From contig NZ_JARDAL010000010.1 in assembly GCF_048957595.1 (NCBI RefSeq), positions 15,150 to 39,149 of the forward strand: a stretch of DNA of 24,000 bases, in the 5' to 3' direction. The first letter of the stretch is position 1; every line of letters starts with the position of its first letter. The DNA is from Acinetobacter sp. AS5. Lineage in GTDB: Bacteria > Pseudomonadota > Gammaproteobacteria > Pseudomonadales > Moraxellaceae. The notes below the pieces were generated by a model. It saw only the letters and a list, made by a program, of their open reading frames with translations. It did not search any database and was not told the DNA's origin. A program made the translations under genes and the position numbers. Below are positions 18,131 to 24,000 of this stretch, one piece after another.

Positions 18131-18609
18131 GATGACATCCCGCCACATGTTGTACCTCCGCTAATGGTACGCGTGTTGGCTTGGTTGAGCGTTAACGTGC
18201 AACCAGCATTTCGAGTTCCTGTTTTTCCTGTTGCTGTTAAGGTGTATCCTGTCATTTTTGGAGGGGTGGCGCTGTTCATAGTGCCACTTACTGTATAATC
18301 AAAACTATCCGCTGATGGTTGCCAATCTGTAGCATAGGTTTTAGTTTCTGCGGTCGTTGTGGTTGGGTTTGGAGAGGGTGCAGTATAGGCTAAAGTTCTG
18401 AGGTAATTTCTTTCGACTACAAGGCTGAGCGCCACCAGATCAGAAGCTGCACTTTTGGCCTTAGATTTGGTAACATAGCTTGAATATGAAGGTAATGCGA
18501 TTGCCGCCAAAATAGCAATAATGGCAACCGTCACCATCAGTTCAAGGAGTGTGAATCCTGAGTGTTTTTTAGACTGTGTTTGAGTTAACACGAAGGATTT
18601 TTGAGTCAT
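18124..18609 (-). CDS. PilE-like type IV pilin (first gene of cassette)
   Basis: 161 aa. ...KKHSG/FTLLELMVTVAIIAILAAIALPSYSSYVTKSKAKSAASDL, with a C-terminal Cys pair (GC...TTCGG). The start is uncertain: ATG at 18609, GTG at 18591 or ATG at 18666. Confidence 0.7.
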   Translation of the reverse strand: MTQKSFVLTQTQSKKHSGFTLLELMVTVAIIAILAAIALPSYSSYVTKSKAKSAASDLVALSLVVERNYLRTLAYTAPSPNPTTTTAETKTYATDWQPSADSFDYTVSGTMNSATPPKMTGYTLTATGKTGTRNAGCTLTLNQANTRTISGGTTCGGMSSW

Positions 18610-18844
18610 AGGACGTAAAAAAAATATATTGAATGGGCAATCTTTTTTCATTGAATGAATGTCCATAATTACAAAAAATTTATCTTAACTTTGAGTGTAA
18701 ATTAATTAGATATAAACAAAAGAATAAAAGTGACCAACGAGATAAAAATAGAGATAAATGGTTGGCTGTACATGAATTAAAAAAAACGATCAAAGATTAA
18801 AACTTAAAAAAACAATTTAAAAAGTTGTGAGGAGAAACTCGTGT

Positions 18845-19295
18845 ATGAAAAAAATATCAGCTTAAACAGGAGTTTGTTTAGTCGAAATATTGGTGGCATT
18901 ATCGGTGTTGGCGATTAGTATTCTCGGCTTTATTGCCTTGAAATGTCTGGTTGTTGAAGAGACATCCGAAGCTATTCATCGTGTAGAATGCATGAATATT
19001 GCTTGTGATTTGGCAGAACGTATGCGTGCAAATAGGCATGGTTTTTAAGCTATAAAATAAAAACCTCTACTGTGGCAAATCAAACGACATTTATAAGTGA
19101 CTGTATGCGTAATTTTTCAGTGCAGCCGCTTTGGCTGATTTTGATGTGGCGCAGGTAACGCAGAAAGTAGCCCATTTAGGTATAATCGTAAATATGTTGC
19201 CATGTGCAGCAAATAATGACGGTCGAAATTGTTTATATGTAGCATGGGGGAGACCAATGCAATGGATGGTACAGTAGCAAATGATTGTACCGATG
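18845..19295 (+). pseudogene. pilV: pilV pseudogene (remnant of the canonical minor-pilin operon)
   Basis: MKKISA*TGVCLVEILVALSVLAISILGFIAL...IACDLAERMRAN shows PilV hallmarks. There is an in-frame TAA at codon 7, a second stop after RANRHGF, and later frame changes. The 3' limit is good only to about 20 nt. Confidence 0.7.
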
Positions 19296-19990
19296 GCTCT
19301 GCTTATGCCTGTCTATCTGAAATCACCTGTGGGCATTTTTTCGTGTCATCAGCTCCATTTGTATAGACGAAATCAATTTGCTCATTTTGTGGTATTTGAT
19401 CAAGTAAATCACCAAGTACTTGTGAATCACTGACATTGTTTGTAGTGAGCTGAACTGCCCGTATTTGAAGTGTTTTAGCATAGACACCAATATGCAGCTT
19501 ACGCTATTGTCGACGATATTCAGGTTGATGTTTCTTGCGTTTCTACTCACCTTCACCCAGAAACTTTAAACCTGCGCAATCAACAAGTAGGTGAAGTCCA
19601 TCTTTGCTTTTTTGATAGCTGATCGTAATATCAATATGCTTTTGTCGTCCGCAAATTGTTGTGTAGTTCAGCGTAGTCCAATTCACAAAGTTTTAATGAC
19701 ACTTTGCACAATGCCTGTGATCATACGGAAAGATAATCGAAATAAGGACTTATCATCAAACAGCATTGAATGGCGGTATCGGAATAGGTTTGATTTCGAC
19801 CATGTTTGCCTTTTGCTTGGGCATACCATTGGGTATTGGGATCAAAACAGATCGAGAGATTTCCTCGATTGATCAAAACATGGTTGTAATAAGACTAATT
19901 GGTTGTACGATAGATTTTAGGTGTAGGCTTATTCATCTGAGAATTATATTGCTGAATCAGACCTTACGGACAGCTTTGTGAAACAAAGCC
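19296..19990 (-). mobile_element. truncated, inactivated IS5-family (IS903 group) insertion sequence
   Basis: The reverse complement of 19971-19990 is GGCTTTGTTTCACAAAGCTG, which starts like the IS903 IR (GGCTTTGTT). The transposase ATG is at 19936. The translation MNKPTPKIYRTTN*SYYNHVLINRGNLS...GRNQTYSDTAIQCCLMI / KSLFRLSFRMITGIVQSV / CGRQKHIDITISYQKSKDGLHLLVDCAGLKFLGEGE*KRKKHQPEYRRQ*RKLHIGV...DGADD-like...QVISDRQA parallels IS903 transposase. It needs at least 3 frameshifts and has 3 TGG-to-TAG stops. The C-terminal third and the second IR are absent. Confidence 0.75.
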
Positions 19991-20271
19991 GTTACAGGCT
20001 CTGCCCAAGAAGGAAATGGGCATTTGGTGTTGAATTATCATGGTGAACGATGTTGACTCCCAGGTTCTGACAAGAATAATAGTAGGGCTTGTACGCCCTC
20101 CGCAACCTTAAACTGGGACGGCTGCTAAAATAAATTCAAACCTGCGGATAAATACGTTTAGATCTTTCATTCAGGGCAAACTTCGCGTAAAATACTGCCC
20201 TCTATGAAAGGGGTTTGAAATGTATCGATGGTCGGTACAGGGATAATCCGTAAAAACTATAAGGTTGTATC

Positions 20272-20529
20272 ATGGTAGTTATTCGTCTTACTCGCGGTGG
20301 TGCTAAAAAGCGTCCATTCTATCAAATCGTTGTAACTGATAGCCGCAATCCACGTGACGGTCGTTTCATCGAACGTATCGGTTTCTTCAACCCTACAGCG
20401 CAAGGTAAAGCAGAGAAACTTCGTTTAGATGCTGAACGTTTTGCTCACTGGGTTTCTCAAGGTGCTCAACCTTCTGATCGTGTTGCTTCTTTAGCTGCTC
20501 AAGCTAAGAAAGCTGCAGTTGCTGCATAA
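20272..20529 (+). CDS. rpsP: 30S ribosomal protein S16
   Basis: 85 aa, [41 protein letters not shown]. Confidence 0.97.
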   Translation: MVVIRLTRGGAKKRPFYQIVVTDSRNPRDGRFIERIGFFNPTAQGKAEKLRLDAERFAHWVSQGAQPSDRVASLAAQAKKAAVAA

Positions 20530-20559
20530 TTTTTATATAAATTAGGTAGTAGCTTGCCC

Positions 20560-21108
20560 ATGACACCAACACAGAATGTTCCCGAAGATCGTATTCAGAT
20601 TGGACAGTTGCGTTCAGCATATGGATTAAATGGGTGGCTCTGGGTCTATTCCAATACAGAACCTATGAGCAACATATTTGACTATCTGCCTTGGTACATT
20701 GAGACCAAAGCAGGTTGGCAAATTGTCGATGTAAAACGTTGGAAACCACATGGTAAAGGCCTGGTTGTTTCGCTGAAAGGTGTGAGTGATCGCACTGGCG
20801 CAGACGAACTGGTTGGCTCCAATGTCTGGATCTCTAAATCGCAACTGCCTCAAGCAGGCGTAGATGAGTACTATTGGTCTGATTTAAAAGGTCTAACTGT
20901 GTTAGGTCTGGACGATGAAGAGCAAGAAGTCAATCTCGGTCAAATTTTTGAGCTGTTTGAAACAGGTGCTAACGATGTGATGGTGGTTCGCGCAACTGCC
21001 GACAGCATCGATGGCGAAGAGCGAATGATCCCATGGCATAAAGATGTGGTGCAACGCGTTGATCTTGAAGCTGGTCGTATCTACGTCAATTGGGGCGTAG
21101 ACTACTAA
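20560..21108 (+). CDS. rimM: ribosome maturation factor RimM
   Basis: 182 aa, [18 protein letters not shown]...YYWSDLKGL...NDVMVV. It sits in the rpsP-rimM-trmD-rplS order. I preferred the ATG at 20560 to the track TTG at 20554. Confidence 0.9.
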   Translation: MTPTQNVPEDRIQIGQLRSAYGLNGWLWVYSNTEPMSNIFDYLPWYIETKAGWQIVDVKRWKPHGKGLVVSLKGVSDRTGADELVGSNVWISKSQLPQAGVDEYYWSDLKGLTVLGLDDEEQEVNLGQIFELFETGANDVMVVRATADSIDGEERMIPWHKDVVQRVDLEAGRIYVNWGVDY

Positions 21109-21136
21109 GAATTTTTCGGAAATACGGGAGTCTGCG

Positions 21137-21871
21137 ATGTTTTTTGCAGTCATTACGCTTTTTCCTGAAATGTTTGAAGCGATTACAGCCTATGGGATTA
21201 GCGGGCGCGCAGCAAAACGTGAGTTGATGCAAATTCATTGCATCAATCCTCGCGATTATGCGACGGGCAACTATAAACGCGTGGATGAACGTCCATTCGG
21301 TGGTGGTCCGGGTATGGTGATGATGGCTGAGCCTCTCGCAAAAGCAATCCAGCATGCCAAAGAGCTTGCAAGGCAAGCGGGTGCAGTTCAGGTTCCTGTG
21401 GTGTATATGTCACCGCAAGGAAAAACCTTAAACGAAACTGCGGTACAGGATTTTGTCAAATATGACGGAATCATCGTACTGTGCGGACGTTATGAAGGCG
21501 TCGATGAACGTTTGATCCAGCAATACGTTGATCAGGAATGGTCAATTGGAGATTACGTCTTGTCGGGTGGTGAACTGCCTGCGATGGTTTTATTGGACAG
21601 TATTATCCGGAGACTTCCGGGTGCCATGTCTGATGAACAGTCACACGTGCAAGACTCATTTGTGGATGGTCTTCTAGATTGCCCACAATATACCAAGCCA
21701 GATCATTTTGAAGGTTTGGATGTGCCTGAGGTGTTAAAGTCCGGGCATCATGCCAATATTGAAAAATGGCGGTTTTTGCAGCGATATCAGCGTACACTTG
21801 AACGCCGCCCAGAGTTGGTGGAAAAAGTCGAGTTGACCAAGCAGCAGAAAAAATGGCTAAAAGATTTGTAA
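21137..21871 (+). CDS. trmD: tRNA (guanine37-N1)-methyltransferase
   Basis: 244 aa, [13 protein letters not shown]...[13 protein letters not shown]...[11 protein letters not shown]...[15 protein letters not shown]. Confidence 0.95.
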   Translation: MFFAVITLFPEMFEAITAYGISGRAAKRELMQIHCINPRDYATGNYKRVDERPFGGGPGMVMMAEPLAKAIQHAKELARQAGAVQVPVVYMSPQGKTLNETAVQDFVKYDGIIVLCGRYEGVDERLIQQYVDQEWSIGDYVLSGGELPAMVLLDSIIRRLPGAMSDEQSHVQDSFVDGLLDCPQYTKPDHFEGLDVPEVLKSGHHANIEKWRFLQRYQRTLERRPELVEKVELTKQQKKWLKDL

Positions 21872-21941
21872 GATATTGATGAGTGATCATTTCTGTCTTC
21901 AAGCAAGTACTTAAAATTATTTAAGTATTCTTTAATAGGCT

Positions 21942-21970
21942 CTTTATGGTTGAGATGGTCAACCATAAAG
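21942..21970 (+). repeat. 12-bp perfect inverted repeat (stable hairpin) in the trmD-rplS spacer
   Basis: CTTTATGGTTGA (21942-21953), GATGG, TCAACCATAAAG (21959-21970). No U-tract follows. Confidence 0.6.
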
Positions 21971-22056
21971 GGAAAGATAATCGGGTGTATGCGCTTTAGC
22001 CTCTATACCCAGCGATGATCAGACCTCTTCTGACTCGCACATATTGGAGATACCCC

Positions 22057-22431
22057 ATGAGCGGTAAGCATCCTTTAGTTCAAGTAATTGAAAACGCACA
22101 ATTGAAACAAAACATCCCTGCTTTTGCACCAGGTGATACAGTTATTGTTCAAGTTAAAGTAAAAGAAGGCGACCGTGAGCGTTTACAGGCGTTCGAAGGC
22201 GTTGTAATTGCTAAGAAAAACCGTGGTTTGAACTCTGCGTTCACAGTACGTAAAATTTCTAGCGGTGTTGGCGTTGAGCGTGTATTCCAAACTCACTCTC
22301 CAATCGTTGCTGGTATCGAAGTGAAACGTCGTGGTGACGTTCGTCGTGCTAAACTTTACTACCTACGTGAATTGTCTGGTAAAGCTGCACGTATTCGTGA
22401 AAAATTACCAGCTCGTAAAACTAAAGCTTAA
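22057..22431 (+). CDS. rplS: 50S ribosomal protein L19
   Basis: 124 aa, [49 protein letters not shown] chose the ATG at 22057 after TGGAGA. The track start at 22015 was rejected. Confidence 0.95.
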   Translation: MSGKHPLVQVIENAQLKQNIPAFAPGDTVIVQVKVKEGDRERLQAFEGVVIAKKNRGLNSAFTVRKISSGVGVERVFQTHSPIVAGIEVKRRGDVRRAKLYYLRELSGKAARIREKLPARKTKA

Positions 22432-22450
22432 TTTTAAGCTTTATACGAGT

Positions 22451-22480
22451 AAAAAAATGCGCCTTTGGGCGTATTTTTTA
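22451..22480 (+). terminator. rho-independent terminator after rplS
   Basis: A7, stem 22457-22463 paired with 22468-22474 (one G-U pair), loop TTTG, then T-run. Confidence 0.8.
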
Positions 22481-22500
22481 TGCCTAATTTTTATGTAGAT

Positions 22501-22813
22501 TTATTCGAAATGTTCCTGAAAAGGCAAGATCATAGCATCAAAAATATCCAAGAAAATTTTATGAATAAACATCAGGAATAATACAAAATATCCCCAAGAC
22601 GGGAATCCTGCATTAAAAAGTTGAATGCAAATAAAACATTGTGTGATAGCCAGTAAAATACTGATCCATACATTTGCGATAATATGTCGATGACAAGAGG
22701 GGCAATAATAAGGCTCATATTTTTTAAATTGAAAAGGATTAATGACTTTTCGTTTGCAGCAGGGGGCAGGTTCTTTTAAATTTGTTTTTGATTTCTATAG
22801 AACGTATCTGCAT
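22501..22813 (-). pseudogene. zinc-ribbon plus two-TM small membrane protein gene split by a 1-nt frameshift
   Basis: The ATG at 22813 opens MQIRSIEIKNKFKRTCP, which runs out of frame at a C5 run (plus-strand G5 at 22762-22766). A start-less 97-codon frame (22794-22501) continues as ..PCCKRKVINPFQFKKYEPYYCPSCHRH plus two hydrophobic helices. Removing one C gives a 103-aa protein with CPCC-N17-CPSC. An upstream TTGCTA-17-TATAAA promoter-like site is present. Confidence 0.5.
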
Positions 22814-22920
22814 TTATTTTATTTCACACTTATTTTTTATATTTGATGAATATTTTATATGCAGTTTGATCATGATTAGCAAGTAAATTTTAAGAAAAAA
22901 ATTAGCGAAAAATAAGATAG

Positions 22921-22946
22921 AAAAGCCTCTGGATGAATAGAGGCTT
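22921..22946 (-). terminator. rho-independent terminator after the lipase gene
   Basis: On the minus strand: AGCCTCT, ATTCATCC, AGAGGCT, then TTTTC. It begins 9 nt after the stop at 22955. Confidence 0.75.
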
Positions 22947-22954
22947 GTGTAGCT

Positions 22955-23923
22955 CTATAAACCTTGCAGTTTTAAGCGGTTGGCATGCTGGCGATAAACA
23001 TCGACTGGGTCTGGAGCAAAGATATTTTTTAACCCGAGTAACTGGTTCACTTCATCCAGATGGTTCCAGTTGTAGTTATCCCGAATGGTTTTACCGAATT
23101 TGGCACTACAGCGGGAGACCAGACCATCATTTTCCTTGCCGCCATCAATGAGTAAAGCTGTAACTTTAAGTGCTGAATCAGGATCGAGCGGGTTGGTGAC
23201 TTGGCCTACACCTGTGAATGAATAGTTGTAGATACCTTTTTGTTGATATGCACCTTCACCACAGGTGGTAGTCGGCATACCGAGCGGATATTTCTGGTTG
23301 AATTGAGCGGATCCTGCCAGGGTCAGGCTGCTACCACCGGCCAGAGAATCATGCGGGAAACTGTTCGGATCCAACCCTTGTGCCCAGGTGATGGCCTTAG
23401 ACACCAGGTTGATACCACCGACTAAAGGCCCTTGTATCGGTGTACCTTCTGCTTGCAGGATCAGGTCTCCAACCGGGGAGCCCTTATGCGGAGCACCGAC
23501 AGAAGTCAGGGAAGCGACTATTCCATTCCCTGCACCTGCGACATAACGAATGGTCGGGCCGCCATGGGAATGACCAATCAGATTGACTTTGTCTGCACCG
23601 GTAATGGCCTGAATTTCTTTGACTTGCTCTAAAAGTTGTTCACCCCGAATTCCTGAGGAGTTAAAAGGTGAGACACGTGTTGCCCAGACATTGCCGCCAT
23701 TACGCGCCAGATCCGGTAAAATCTGATACCAGTAATCCAGTCCAAACTGGTCGGTACCGACCCGGATAAAGCCTGCCATACCATGTGCGAAGACAATTGG
23801 ATATTGGGTCTTGGCATATTGTGAACTGGCTTTTGCTGTGACCTGACTGGCTTGGGTGGATGCCTGAGTGCTGAGGCATGTACCCGCCAGCAGCAGGCCG
23901 GTGATGAATGCTCCGAATTTCAT
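22955..23923 (-). CDS. lipA: secreted triacylglycerol lipase (family I.1/I.2 type)
   Basis: 322 aa with a signal peptide, oxyanion-region motif PIVFAHGMAGF, nucleophile elbow GHSHGG, and a late Cys pair (TTCGEG...SRCS). RBS GAGGA is present. Confidence 0.9.
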   Translation of the reverse strand: MKFGAFITGLLLAGTCLSTQASTQASQVTAKASSQYAKTQYPIVFAHGMAGFIRVGTDQFGLDYWYQILPDLARNGGNVWATRVSPFNSSGIRGEQLLEQVKEIQAITGADKVNLIGHSHGGPTIRYVAGAGNGIVASLTSVGAPHKGSPVGDLILQAEGTPIQGPLVGGINLVSKAITWAQGLDPNSFPHDSLAGGSSLTLAGSAQFNQKYPLGMPTTTCGEGAYQQKGIYNYSFTGVGQVTNPLDPDSALKVTALLIDGGKENDGLVSRCSAKFGKTIRDNYNWNHLDEVNQLLGLKNIFAPDPVDVYRQHANRLKLQGL

Positions 23924-24000
23924 TATATTTTCCTCACTTTTGTTGTTTTAACGGGATGATCCTCATCCGGTTGTCTAAAGTCCCCCTCTGCAGCAGGGAC
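23923..24000 (-). CDS. 3' end of an upstream ORF overlapping lipA start (possibly lipase chaperone Lif/LipB); partial
   Basis: The frame is open from the window edge to the TAA at 23925-23923, giving a TAATG overlap with lipA. A lipB-lipA order is known in A. baylyi. Only 25 codons are visible, so identity is unproven. Confidence 0.3.
   Translation of the reverse strand, partial: VPAAEGDFRQPDEDHPVKTTKVRKI

Noticed and set aside
19323-19981. Track ORFs 19323-19556(-), 19591-19872(+) and 19766-19981(+)
   Set aside because: They fall inside the decayed IS903-group remnant. The minus one is just one surviving transposase fragment, and the plus ones are antisense noise.
19991-20060. Possible C-terminal remnant of the last canonical pilin gene (pilE/comF) just outside the IS inverted repeat (one frame ends ...KEMGIWC*)
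   Set aside because: Only about 15-20 codons are visible with no diagnostic motif, so it cannot be distinguished from chance.
22933-23817. Track ORFs overlapping the lipase gene (22933-23151, 23240-23425, 23432-23632 on plus; 23629-23817 on minus in another frame)
   Set aside because: They lie inside the well-supported lipA frame (GHSHGG, signal peptide) and have no RBS or recognisable motifs.

Overview
This looks like a chromosomal segment of an Acinetobacter-like gammaproteobacterium, judged from gene content and remembered synteny; no search was run. The backbone is ordinary housekeeping: gltB(3' end)-gltD, lemA-TPM-TPM, pilA with a PglL-type oligosaccharyltransferase, bfr/bfd, ridA-spoT-rpoZ-gmk (minus strand), ispH, rpsP-rimM-trmD-rplS and a secreted lipase. 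Three places are accessory or rearranged. (1) Downstream of pilA lies an AT-rich orphan ORF, a TfpX/TfpZ-like accessory gene and a PglL-like O-oligosaccharyltransferase. pilA has a clean sigma54 promoter and an upstream 14-bp palindrome. (2) A TnpB-only IS200/IS605-family element (RNA-guided nuclease type, no tnpA) sits between bfr and bfd. Its RuvC-II motif reads GDL instead of EDL. (3) The ispH-rpsP slot normally holds fimU-pilVWX-pilY1-pilE. Here it holds an oppositely oriented five-gene pilin/minor-pilin cassette ending in a 505-aa PilX-like protein with a large extra C-terminal domain and no PilY1. Next to it are a decayed pilV pseudogene and a truncated, frameshifted IS903-group IS remnant. 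This third locus is my best candidate for an undescribed variant system. I also found a zinc-ribbon membrane protein gene split by a 1-nt frameshift in a homopolymer, and a strong hairpin in an unusually long trmD-rplS spacer. I saw no rRNA, tRNA or CRISPR array.
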